NCBI GenBank assembly: GCA_026003235.1
Contig: BPGW01000002.1
Span: 269,345 to 333,344, forward strand
DNA: 64,000 nt
Source: Bacteroidia bacterium
GTDB lineage: Bacteria > Bacteroidota > Bacteroidia > SpSt-205
Direction: 5' to 3'
The notes under the pieces are model-generated. The model was not told the DNA's origin and did no database searches. It saw only the letters and a list, made by a program, of their open reading frames with translations. This document shows positions 26,998 to 35,999 of the stretch, one piece after another (within the stretch, counting starts at the first letter, position 1; each line of letters starts with the position of its first letter). The position numbers were made by a program, and so were the translations under genes.

Positions 26998-29900
26998 CTA
27001 TCGGCGAAGCTCTTTTTGAGAGGGGGGCCCTTTTCGGCGCCGTTCTGGCAGGTAAAACCCTTTCCTCACCCGGAAGCCGGCCCCCTGGCTCGTGGTGCCC
27101 ACCGTTCCAAATAGGAAAGTCTGTCGGCTGAAGCCTTCCACTTCCAACTGCCATTGCGTGGGGCTGGTGAGCTGCCTGGGCAGGATCCGATACCGGGCCG
27201 AGAGATTACCCAAGGAGGCGGCGTTCTGGCCAGGGCTGACCAAGATCCCATCTCGCTCTACCGTGAATCGGCTTCCCAAGGACAAACGCAGGCGAGCCGA
27301 AAGCTCATTCCACTGGCCCACGGTGAAGGAAACCCCCACTTGGTTGCTCAAGCTCTGGCCAAGCCAGTTGGCCAGTTGGGCCGAGAGAAACTCGGCCAGG
27401 GTGGCGCTCACGCCCGAACTCACTTCCTGGCTGCTAAGGGCCTGCTCAGGAGGCACAAACGAACCCAGCACCAGCAGCGCAAACACCTGCCGGTTTCGTT
27501 CGGCTTCATCGCTGGCCAGCCGCTGTAAGAAAAGGTTCACCAGCGGCGTCGCAGAACCCGAAATAGAGGGCACCTCCACCTGAAAGCGGAGCTTGGGGCT
27601 CAGCAGCGTACCCTCCAGAAAGACGCGCACTTCCACAGGCAGGGTGTTGGTGTAGGCGGTGTCAATCATGCGCAGCGAAGAGGAAGTTCGGTACACCGCC
27701 GTAAGGTGAAGCTGGCCTTCGTACAGATCCCCATCCCAGCTGATGAAGCTGCCCGCTTCAAGAAAGAGCCGCTTGGAGACCACCCCTTGCAGGTTCACGC
27801 GGTACTCGCCGCTTTGCACTTCGTAGGAGCCAGAAAGGGAGACCTCCCCTTCTCGGGAGATGGAAAGCACCAGGGAGCTTGTGCCCTGGGCGATTACTTC
27901 GTCGCCTGTGCGCTCGTCAAAAAGCAATCGGAACCGCGCTTGGGGCACCGTCAACAAAGCGATGCGCAGGTCTACTCCGGTGGGCGCCTGGAGGGATGTC
28001 TCTTCCATCGTGTCTTGTCCAGCGCCGATAAATTCCAAGTAGGGCAGTCCTTCGCTGCGCTCGTAAGTCTGGAGGGGGAGGGTGAGTTCGGTGCTTTCGG
28101 CGAACCGAACCGTGCCGCGCAAACGGGGGCTTCGCCAGGGGCCTTCCAGGGTCAGCTCTCCTTCATCCAGTTCAGCCCGGCCGTACAGATAGGCGTCGCT
28201 GGTAGCGGGGAGAGCCGAAAGCAGGAAAGGACGATCTTTCACGCGAGCTTTCACTTGGAGGTAAGCGTCAGACCATCGGGGAAAAGCGATATACCCTAAG
28301 AGGTACGCCCGTTTTCGGCGGGCATCTTGCAGCTCCACCGACGGTAGAAAGAGAGTATCGTGACGCAAGCGCAGGACCCCCTCTAACCGATAGGAGGTAC
28401 GCGTCAGCGGTACGTAAAAAGACACGGCATCGCAGAAGAGCTCTCCATACACTTCGGGGGCAGAAAGGCGTCCCTCGCACCACGAGGCGGCTGGCGCGGA
28501 GGGTACCCTGAACCTGCTCCAGGTACGAGCCCAAGAAAGGCTGAACCCAAGCCATCGGCAAGGTAAGAGGCCCTGCTACGACCTCAAGGGGTGCAAGGCT
28601 ATCCGAGAGATTGTATAAACCCCGCACGCCCAAGAGGGGTTGGGCGCGTTCTCCCAAGCCCAGGGAAAAGCTCACCGAATCACCTTGCGTGGCTCCTTCG
28701 GCCCACAAGTCCGGGTACGCCTGGCCTTGGTAGGCTAAGCCTGCCAGATTGATTTGGAAAGTGGGGGCTTCACGGGCTTGGAACCACCGAGCGGAAAGGA
28801 CCCCTTGGATGGGGAGCGTATACCCCAGCACCCCCAGCAGTGCCCCTAAGGACAAACTATCCGCTTGAACCAAGAAGGCCGTGGTGTCCCGGCTGCAGTG
28901 CACGTGGCCTGCGGGGGCTTGGGCGATGACCTCAGACAGGGACCACTGCCCTTCGGCCGAGAGGGTGAAGCGTCCCACCTGGGCAAAGCGCCAAAGCTGC
29001 CCACCTAAGGAAAAAAACGAAGCTGGCCTTAGGGTCAGCAAAAAAGGGCTTTCGCCGCCCAGCCATGCCCAGTCCAGCGCCAGGTATAAGGTGTCGTGCT
29101 GGCGGCCAAGCTGGGAGGAGACCGTTATAGGACCCCCTGACAGGGGACCCTCGGCCGTCAGGTGAAGGCTTTCGTAGAGCAGGTAGTACTGGCCTCGCTG
29201 CGAGGGTACCGGTAAGGTGGAGGCTTGGCATGCCTTTTCCGGTTAGCGTAACCTGGAGGGTGGTAGGGCCGAGGTGCAAAGCCTCTTGGTGGAGGCTATC
29301 CCACGCCAGCCGTACCTGTACGGTCGGGGTAGGGGGGGCCGCATGCGCTTCTACCCGAAGGCTAAGGCCGTAGCTGGTAGGGAGGTTTTTCAGCCCCACG
29401 AGCTGGAGCCACACCGGCGAAGCCGCATAAGCTTGCCCTTCCAGGTGCCAGGGCACGTCAGCCGTATCGGTCGGCCAGAGGCCCTCCTTGATCCAGCTTT
29501 CCCACTGGGCCAGCCACAGCGAGAGCCCTTCTGCCCATCCTTCACTGCCTTGCAGGGAAACGGAGATACCCTCGCCAGTAAGGCGGTAGGCAGTACCCCG
29601 CCTGGCTTCTACTACGAGGTCGGGCAGGTGCAGGGTCGTATCGGCTCGCTGCCAGGTGAGGTTAGAAAGGCGGCAGGTGCCCTGGCCTTCTGCCCAGGCA
29701 AGTCCACGGCCTTCCAAGGCGAATCGTCCAGAGACTTGCCCGTCGGCTCCCCATAGCGTTCCCTTCAGGGCCGCGAAGGTGCCTTCTCCCGAAAAGGTCC
29801 CTTCGGGGCCTAAGGGCAGCGACCCGTAAAAGGCCCCTTCTCCAAATGCGCTTTGGAGGCGCACGGCTCCCGTAGCCTGTTGGGCAGCCACTTGGGCTTG

Positions 29901-31340
29901 GGTAGCTATCCGAAAAGGGCCGTAGGGAGGGTACAACCCGGATAGGTCGGCCTCCAGGGTGCCCATAAGGGTCGCCAACGCAAAAGTCGCCCCTTCCAGC
30001 GCTACTTCACCGGTCAGGGAGTCCGCTGGGCTGGCGGGTACGATCGCCTTAGCAGGCCAGTTTTGTAGCTTCAGCCGGGCTTGGTATCGCCACACCGAGT
30101 CGCGGGAAAGCTTCGCCTCCAGGGCCAAGCCTTCCCCCTTCAGGTCGGCCGTGTAAGCGTGCAGCCGGCCGGCGTGCGTGCCCTTGAGGCGCCATACGTA
30201 GTCTGCCCTCAAAAACGCCAGGTCTCCTACGTCAGGCAGGGTACGGGCCAGGGTAGCGGCCGAGAGCGCTGCCTCCTCTATGCTGGCGCGCCAGTGCATG
30301 AGGGCCGGCCGAGCGTAATGCCAGATTTCCCCCCTCTCCAGCTTCAGAAATTCCGTTTCTGAGAAGCCTACTTTCAGATTCCTAACCCGAAAGTGATATT
30401 CGTCGCCCTGGAGGGAGCCTGTGAGGGTCCATCGTCCTTGGAGAGGCAGGGAGTCCCCCGCCAGCGCGCTAAGGTCTGCCCAGTCTATCTCTCCCTCCAC
30501 GAGCGTGGTGAAGAACTTGGTTTGGGTGTCGGAGAAGAGCTTATCCAGGCCTTCGCGGGTGAATCGGCCTGAGAGCCGGAGCCAGCTGCGAGGCAGGGCC
30601 ACCTCCAAATGAGGGATCACCGTGCTGTCCGGATAGGCTTGTACGATCCCCTTCAGGCTGCGGAGGGTAAAGCCGCTTTGGCGTTCGTGGGCCGAGAGGT
30701 GGCGCAGACGCAGGAAAAGCCGTCCGTTACCCAGCCACTCCACGCTGGCCTCCAGCTGGAGGCTATCTAAGTCCAGGTTGTCATAGGAGAGGAAGGGAGG
30801 CCGGGGTAGTCCAGGCCCCTGCGTGGAATCCACCCATCGGAGCCTTCCCTCCTCTATGCGAAGGGAAGCCAGGCTTGCCCGAAAGGGGCGCGAGCGTGCG
30901 CTCGTGGTATCAGGCGGGAAAAGCCGATCTATATTGGTCAGGCCGGTAGCGCACTCCGTGTAGAGGTACACCTGGGGGCGCACCAGCCTAACCGAAGAGA
31001 CAGGCAGATAAAGCTTGCCTCGCCAGATCCCTTGCCAGAAAAAAAGGGGGTTCCAGCTTACCTCCAGCGTCTCTACCTGCAGGAAGGGTTGGCAGGCTTT
31101 GTCGTAGAGCACCAGCCCTTCCAGGGCCAGATGCGCCACCCCGCTCAAACGCAAGCGCTTTAGCGTGACTTCTGTTTCCAGGGCTTCGGACAGGAGGGCT
31201 ACAGCTTCTTTACGGACCCAGTTCTGGCCTGTTTCGGTGGAGAGCACCCCTTGGATCCCCAGCAGGAGAGCTATCCATACACCGGCCCCCCACGCAACCA
31301 GGCGCCACACTATACGCCGTATGCGGCCAGCTCTGTGCAT
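26998..31340 (-). pseudogene. tamB: TamB-like translocation/assembly module protein (DUF490 C-terminus), read in three frames (two frameshifts)
   Basis: Three collinear minus-strand ORFs: 31340 down to about 29190, about 29242 down to about 28470, and about 28530 down to 26998. Sense continues across each junction: ..SLHLTGTLAARP / YYLLYESLHLTAEGPLSG.. and ..LRASRLVVRGT / LSAPEVYGELFCDAV... The N-terminal TM segment is VWRLVAWGAGVWIALLLGI. Start set at ATG 31340 because the track start at 31400 overlaps tRNA-Leu. Confidence 0.65.
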
Positions 31341-31359
31341 GAGGGGATTTTTCGGTGGG

Positions 31360-31443
31360 TGCCCAGAGCCGGACTCGAACCGGCACGGAGTCGCCTCCAC
31401 CAGTTTTTGAGACTGGCGCGTCTACCGATTCCGCCATCTGGGC
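31360..31443 (-). tRNA. tRNA-Leu (anticodon CAA)
   Basis: Minus-strand sequence GCCCAGATGGCGGAATCGGTAGACGCGCCAGTCTCAAAAACTGGTGGAGGCGACTCCGTGCCGGTTCGAGTCCGGCTCTGGGCA folds as a cloverleaf. It has a 7-bp acceptor stem, the anticodon loop CTCAAAA, a long variable arm and the T-loop TTCGAGT. Confidence 0.9.
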
Positions 31444-31449
31444 CTTGGG

Positions 31450-31457
31450 CAAAGGTA
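31450..31457 (-). promoter_or_regulatory. -7 promoter element (TACCTTTG on minus strand) for tRNA-Leu
   Basis: Plus strand reads caaaggta. The element ends 6 nt upstream of the tRNA 5' end. Confidence 0.55.
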
Positions 31458-31483
31458 ATATCTCCCCGCCACATACTGTTTGC

Positions 31484-31491
31484 TACCTTTG
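31484..31491 (+). promoter_or_regulatory. -7 promoter element (TACCTTTG)
   Basis: tacctttg + cgt + ATG 31495. Confidence 0.5.
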
Positions 31492-31494
31492 CGT

Positions 31495-31875
31495 ATGCGT
31501 TTGCTCGTAGGCGCTGCAGCGGTAGGGCTTCTGCTGGCCCTGCTGGTGTATAACCTGGGTCAAGAACTGACCCTGTATACGGACTTTCGCACGGCTGCCG
31601 CCCACCCAGGCCAGACGTACCATATCGTGGCGCAGTGGGTGGAGCGCGAAAAGAGCTACTACGACCCGGCTGCCGACGCTTTTTGGTTCCGGGCGCAGGA
31701 TAGCACCGGCTGGGTGGCCCAAGTGCGGTATCCGGACCCCAAGCCTATCAACTTTGAGTCGGCTCACCAAGTCGTGCTCATCGGTCAGTACCGCGACTCG
31801 GTCTTTCATGCGGAGAAAATTCTGATGAAGTGCCCTTCCAAGTACAAGGAAGAGCAAGCTTCGGCTCAGTTGTGA
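31495..31875 (+). CDS. CcmE-like OB-fold protein with a CxxxY (CPSKY) motif in place of the haem-binding HxxxY
   Basis: N-terminal membrane anchor MRLLVGAAAVGLLLALLVY, then an OB-like core (YHIVAQWV..FWFRAQDSTGWVAQVRY..VVLIGQY) ending in AEKILMKCPSKY. Confidence 0.5.
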   Translation: MRLLVGAAAVGLLLALLVYNLGQELTLYTDFRTAAAHPGQTYHIVAQWVEREKSYYDPAADAFWFRAQDSTGWVAQVRYPDPKPINFESAHQVVLIGQYRDSVFHAEKILMKCPSKYKEEQASAQL

Positions 31876-32684
31876 GGGTAGCCTGGATAACGGGCGCTTC
31901 GTCGGGCATCGGGGAAGCGCTGGCCCGCCATCTGGCCGAAGAGGGATGGGCCGTCCTGGCTCAAGCCCGCCGTCAGGACCGCCTGGAAAGCCTGGCCCAG
32001 GCTTATCCAGGCCGTATCCGCCCCTTTGTAGGGGATGTGCGCGACCCGGAAGCCTGCCACGAAGCTGTCCAAGAAGCGCTCAGGACTTTCGGCCGGCTTG
32101 ACGCCGTGATCGCTAACGCCGGCATTTCCCACCGCGCCCTGGTGGAAGAGGTTGCCCTCTCCGTCTTGAGGGACGTCTTTGAGGTGAACTTTTGGGGCGC
32201 GGTGCACGCCATCCGAGCCGCTTTGCCGGAAGTTCGGGCTCGTCGGGGATGGATAGTGGGGGTCTCTTCCGTAGCGGGTTTTCGGGGCCTTCCGGCGCGC
32301 AGCGGGTATTCGGCCTCCAAGTTTGCGCTCAATGGGTTTCTGGAAGCGCTCCGAACGGAGTTGTATGGCACGGGGGTGTGTGTGCTCACGGCGGCACCGG
32401 GTTTTACCCGCAGCGAGATACGGGAAAAGGCCCTCACGGCTACGGGTGAGCTCCAGGGCGAGAGCCCCCTCCCCGAGGCCCGCCTCATGTCCGCCGAGGC
32501 CGTCGCCGCAGCCCTCTACCGCGCCATGCTTCGCCGGCAAAAGTACCTGGTGCTTACCACGCAGGGCCGCCTTACCGTCTGGCTCAATCGCCTCTTTCCT
32601 GGATGGTTAGACGGGCTGGTGTATCGGCATTTCCTGCGTGAACCGGAGTCGCCCCTCCGGTCTGCGGCCTCAGGTCAGAGGTAG
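31872..32684 (+). CDS. Short-chain dehydrogenase/reductase (SDR) family oxidoreductase
   Basis: TGASSGIGEALA (TGxxxGxG), NAG, and catalytic SGYSASKFAL (YxxxK). Start set at GTG 31872. Confidence 0.85.
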   Translation: MRVAWITGASSGIGEALARHLAEEGWAVLAQARRQDRLESLAQAYPGRIRPFVGDVRDPEACHEAVQEALRTFGRLDAVIANAGISHRALVEEVALSVLRDVFEVNFWGAVHAIRAALPEVRARRGWIVGVSSVAGFRGLPARSGYSASKFALNGFLEALRTELYGTGVCVLTAAPGFTRSEIREKALTATGELQGESPLPEARLMSAEAVAAALYRAMLRRQKYLVLTTQGRLTVWLNRLFPGWLDGLVYRHFLREPESPLRSAASGQR

Positions 32685-33169
32685 GGCTTGGGAGGGTCCT
32701 TGGGGGGCAGAGGTAGCGTCCCCGGAATCCCCAACAGCGGAAATTCCTTGCGCAGGGGATGGTAAGCAAAGTCCTCCGGCAGGTATATCCGCCGTAGGTC
32801 GGGGTGTCCTGCAAACCGAATGCCCATCATATCGTACGCTTCCCTTTCGTGCCAGGCCGCCGCGGGCCACAAGTCCGTGACGGTCTCCACTACGGGGTCG
32901 TCTTCAGGTAGGCGCGTTTTGACCCGCACCCGCAGCCGCTCAGATAGATTCACCAGGTTGTACACCACCTCAAAGCGAAGCCCCTCCACAAAAAGGTCGG
33001 TCGCACCGATATCGGCCAAGTAGGTGAAGCCGTACTTTTCCTTCAGGGTTTGCAGGAAGGGTTTGAGCGCTTCCCGCGTCACGATAAAAGTCAGTTCGCC
33101 GGCGTGGAATCGGGTCTCCACGGCCTCGGAAGCCAGCGCTTCTCGCAGCGAGAGCAGGGCACTTTCCAT
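32675..33169 (-). CDS. nuoC: NADH-quinone oxidoreductase subunit C
   Basis: LADIGATD, FEVVYNL and WPAAAWHEREAYDMMGIRFAGHPDLRRI are diagnostic NuoC/30-kDa subunit motifs. No other nuo gene lies adjacent. Confidence 0.8.
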   Translation of the reverse strand: MESALLSLREALASEAVETRFHAGELTFIVTREALKPFLQTLKEKYGFTYLADIGATDLFVEGLRFEVVYNLVNLSERLRVRVKTRLPEDDPVVETVTDLWPAAAWHEREAYDMMGIRFAGHPDLRRIYLPEDFAYHPLRKEFPLLGIPGTLPLPPKDPPKPYL

Positions 33170-33173
33170 GGCG

Positions 33174-33181
33174 TAAAGGTA
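33174..33181 (-). promoter_or_regulatory. -7 promoter element variant (TACCTTTA on minus strand) for nuoC
   Basis: Plus strand reads taaaggta, 4 nt upstream of ATG 33169. Confidence 0.4.
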
Positions 33182-33194
33182 AAACAAAGTAGAC

Positions 33195-33836
33195 TCAGCG
33201 CAGTTCCTTATCCCATCCTCTCGCTTGGAGTCGCTGGCGCAGAATGGCTGTGCCTCGGCTAATTTGGGACTTGACCGTGCCTACGGGCAAGCGTAGCGTC
33301 TTAGCGATCTCTTCTATGCTCATCCCCTCCCAAAATCGCAGCCGAAGCGGTTCCCGATACGTGTCGGTGAGCTCATCCAGGAGTTTTTTGAGGATGATGG
33401 CCAGTTCCCGGCGGTCGTGCTCGGCGTGGGGATGTTCTGCGCCTACCACTTCTTGGATCAGGCCCGCGTATTTCCATTCCTCTTCTTCTACGCCGATAGA
33501 CTCAAAGTAGCCTTTGGGTCGTTTACGCAGCGCGTCAACGGTATGGTTGCTCACGCACCGGGCGATCCAAGTGCGCAAGCTGCCGCGGCCTCGGTCGTAC
33601 TTTCTGAGGACACGAGGAAAGTGCTCAATCAAAAAATCATGCGCTATATCTCGGGCTGTCTCTTCCAAGCCTTCATAGAGGATGCGCGCTGTGCTGTTTT
33701 TGTACAGGGTGGCGCGAGTAACCTTGATGATATAAGTATAGAAGCCCTCCACAAGTTGGTTATAAGCCTCTTCTTCGTCTGAAGGGGAAGTTTGATAGAG
33801 CGTGATGAGCCGCTCGGCTTCGTTATCAGATAGCAT
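33195..33836 (-). CDS. Sigma-70 family RNA polymerase sigma factor (ECF-like size)
   Basis: Region 2 (ARDIAHDFLIEHFPRVLRKYD..SLRTWIARCVSN) and the region 4 HTH (EGMSIEEIAKTLRLPVGTVKSQISRG). Confidence 0.8.
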   Translation of the reverse strand: MLSDNEAERLITLYQTSPSDEEEAYNQLVEGFYTYIIKVTRATLYKNSTARILYEGLEETARDIAHDFLIEHFPRVLRKYDRGRGSLRTWIARCVSNHTVDALRKRPKGYFESIGVEEEEWKYAGLIQEVVGAEHPHAEHDRRELAIILKKLLDELTDTYREPLRLRFWEGMSIEEIAKTLRLPVGTVKSQISRGTAILRQRLQARGWDKELR

Positions 33837-34923
33837 GAGCTCCGTACAAAGGTAATAAAGCCCAGGTGCGTTTGCGCACCAGGGCTCCGAGGGGATACCC
33901 TCCCTGCAGGAAAAAAAGCGGCCAATCGTACAGGAGCGCTTGGAGCTTTATGGGTGCGTGCATCCAAGTCAGGGCCAGGAGCTTTGCGGTGGGGGGTAAA
34001 AGCAAGGCAGGCCACGCTTGCGGGGCTAAGAGCCAGCCTACCAGGCCGGCAAGCTGAAGCGCAGGGGCTATCACCAGGCGAAGCTGCAAGGTCCAGGGGT
34101 AATGGGGCGCAGTTTGGAGGTGACGCCACTTGCGCAGGAAAGCGGCGCGGAAGCTGCGGGGTGCCGGCGACCGGCTGGCTGTCCGGGCTATCCCGACCTT
34201 CTGAGGGGGGATCAGCTGCAGAGTCAGGTCGTCATCCCCCGAAAGGAGCCCTCGCCACGCAAAGAGACCCGCCAGAAGCCAGCTTTTTCGCACGGCCCAG
34301 CCTCGTCCCGTGGCCAAGTAAGGGGCTCCCCACGCTGCCCATCCGAGCCCTTCTGCTTGCACCAGCGCCGCTTCATAGGAGGCCAGCTGGCTGGCCCACG
34401 AAGGCCCGCCTTCTATCCAAGCTGGGGCGATCACCGCCGCTTTGCCTTCTGAAGCGGCCATTAGGTCGGTAAGCCACCCTTCTGGCACCACCACATCCGC
34501 ATCCACCACTACGCACCAGCTATGGCGCGCCGCCTGAAGCCCCCGGTACAAGGCGTACTTTTTGCCGCTCCAGCCGGGGGGCGTTTCCCGCACCTGCACC
34601 AGCTGTAGGGGGCAAGGGCTTTTGGCCTGCCAGGCGCGTACGACCGCTTCGGTGGCGTCGGAGCAGCGGTCAGCGATCACCCAGATTTCCCAGGGGGCCG
34701 GGTACGCTTGCTGGGTCAGGCTCTCCAGCAGCGCCGGTAGCGTGGAAGCGGCGTTATGGGCAGGCACCAGCACCGACACCGGGGGCCTTTCTTCTCCCTT
34801 CGCACACCGCTTGCGCCGCCACCCCAGCGCCAACAACACCCAGTAGGCCCCACTGAGCGCCAAAAACCCATAACTTGCCACCCATGCCCAGGATAGGTTT
34901 CCTACTCCTTCCGCTTCTGGCAT
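33826..34923 (-). CDS. Glycosyltransferase family 2 membrane protein
   Basis: VSVLVPAHNAASTLPALLESLTQQAYP..IWVIADRCSDAT, a DAD motif (VVVDADVVVP), and C-terminal TM segments. The start is uncertain because 34923 overlaps the divergent neighbour. Confidence 0.7.
   Translation of the reverse strand: MPEAEGVGNLSWAWVASYGFLALSGAYWVLLALGWRRKRCAKGEERPPVSVLVPAHNAASTLPALLESLTQQAYPAPWEIWVIADRCSDATEAVVRAWQAKSPCPLQLVQVRETPPGWSGKKYALYRGLQAARHSWCVVVDADVVVPEGWLTDLMAASEGKAAVIAPAWIEGGPSWASQLASYEAALVQAEGLGWAAWGAPYLATGRGWAVRKSWLLAGLFAWRGLLSGDDDLTLQLIPPQKVGIARTASRSPAPRSFRAAFLRKWRHLQTAPHYPWTLQLRLVIAPALQLAGLVGWLLAPQAWPALLLPPTAKLLALTWMHAPIKLQALLYDWPLFFLQGGYPLGALVRKRTWALLPLYGAHAI
33847..33854 (-). promoter_or_regulatory. 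-7 promoter element (TACCTTTG on minus strand) for the sigma factor gene
   Basis: Plus strand reads caaaggta, 10 nt upstream of ATG 33836 and inside the 3' end of the GT2 gene. Confidence 0.4.
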
Positions 34924-35999
34924 ACGGTTGGGGATTCTGGGCGCACCGGCGTATCAATCGCTTGGCGGTTTTTGCCCTGCCGGAATCGCTCTTTGCCTTT
35001 TACCGAGCCCATATTGAGTACTTGACCCGCCAAGCCACCAAGCCCGACGAACGGCGAGCCGCCTTTGCGTGGGAAGCCCCTCGGCACTACATTGACCTTG
35101 ACCGATACCCTCCTGATCTGCCTCGCTCCTGGCGCGAAGCTGTGGCCCTCCTCAGCGAAGACACCCTCCTGGTTCACGGAACCCTGCCCTGGCACTTGGA
35201 GCAGGCTTTTTGGGAGCTGGTGGAAGCCTTCCAAGCCCGCAACGAATCCCGCATCCTCAAACTCTCCGCCGAAATCGGGCATTATTTGGCCGATGCGCAT
35301 GTGCCCCTGCACACCACCGCCAACTACAACGGCCAGCTTACCGGTCAGCAGGGTGTGCATGCCCTGTGGGAATCGTATGTGCCCGAGCGCTTCGGAGAAG
35401 GGTACGACTACTGGGTAGGGTCGGCCCGCTTGTGGCGTTCGGTGCGGGACACGATATGGGCGATCGTTGCCGAGAGCCATAGCCTGGTGGAAACCGTCCT
35501 TGCTGCCGAACGCGAAGCTACAGCTCGCGTGGGAGAAGAGAAGAAGTTCGTCTACCGGGTTCGGGGGCGCCAGACCGTGCGCACCTACTCGGAGGAGTTC
35601 CTGACTGTGTATCATGCGCTGCTGGGAGGGATGGTGGAGAGTCGTCTGCGGAGGGCGATTTACCGGCTGGCGTGTCTGTGGTATACGGCGTGGCATAGAG
35701 CGGGGCGGCCGCCGCTACCAACTCCTACTTCCGTAGAGGAAGAGCCTCCCCTTTCGCCGGACAGCTTACCGCCGGACCCCCGCTGCGGCGAGGTGGGGCG
35801 CTACTGGATTCCTGCCTATAGGCAGCTTATACATAAGAACTTTGATGGGATATTCTTCAGCTTTGGTCAGTCTAGCAAGCTTGTCTTAAGAGGAGTATCT
35901 TTGCAGTACCTTACCAGAAAGTCATGGCAGAGGAAAAACACAAAATCAGTAGCCGACGAAAAGAGATTCCCCTCCCTCGTTCGGCCTTGTGGAGGGTAA
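34884..35999 (+). CDS. S1/P1 nuclease or zinc-dependent phospholipase C-like protein with an aberrant C-terminal tail
   Basis: Signal peptide then GWGFWAHRRIN, APRHYIDLD, GHYLADAHVPLHTT and GVHALWES (His/Asp metal-ligand pattern). The last 60 or so codons run into the low-GC island and look non-native. Confidence 0.55.
   Translation: MPRIGFLLLPLLAYGWGFWAHRRINRLAVFALPESLFAFYRAHIEYLTRQATKPDERRAAFAWEAPRHYIDLDRYPPDLPRSWREAVALLSEDTLLVHGTLPWHLEQAFWELVEAFQARNESRILKLSAEIGHYLADAHVPLHTTANYNGQLTGQQGVHALWESYVPERFGEGYDYWVGSARLWRSVRDTIWAIVAESHSLVETVLAAEREATARVGEEKKFVYRVRGRQTVRTYSEEFLTVYHALLGGMVESRLRRAIYRLACLWYTAWHRAGRPPLPTPTSVEEEPPLSPDSLPPDPRCGEVGRYWIPAYRQLIHKNFDGIFFSFGQSSKLVLRGVSLQYLTRKSWQRKNTKSVADEKRFPSLVRPCGG
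35812..35825. repeat. Perfect 14-bp palindrome CTGCCTATAGGCAG at a sharp GC-content drop
   Basis: The sequence is its own reverse complement. It sits where composition falls from about 70% to about 40% GC, comparing lines 35761 and 35821. Confidence 0.8.
35895..35902 (+). promoter_or_regulatory. -7 promoter element (TATCTTTG)
   Basis: tatctttg lies 21 nt upstream of ATG 35924. Confidence 0.4.

Noticed and set aside
28440-29250. Considered programmed ribosomal frameshifting as the explanation for the TamB-like and C25 frame changes.
   Set aside because: There are multiple shifts per gene, no shared slippery heptamer or downstream structure, and no precedent known to me for these families. 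Indels, whether real or artefactual, are the simpler explanation.
31341-31400. The N-terminal extension of the TamB-like ORF, using the track start at 31400.
   Set aside because: It overlaps tRNA-Leu (31360-31443) on the same strand, and the encoded residues (MEATPCRFESGSGHPPKNPL) are just the translated tRNA. ATG 31340, followed by a TM helix, is the plausible start.
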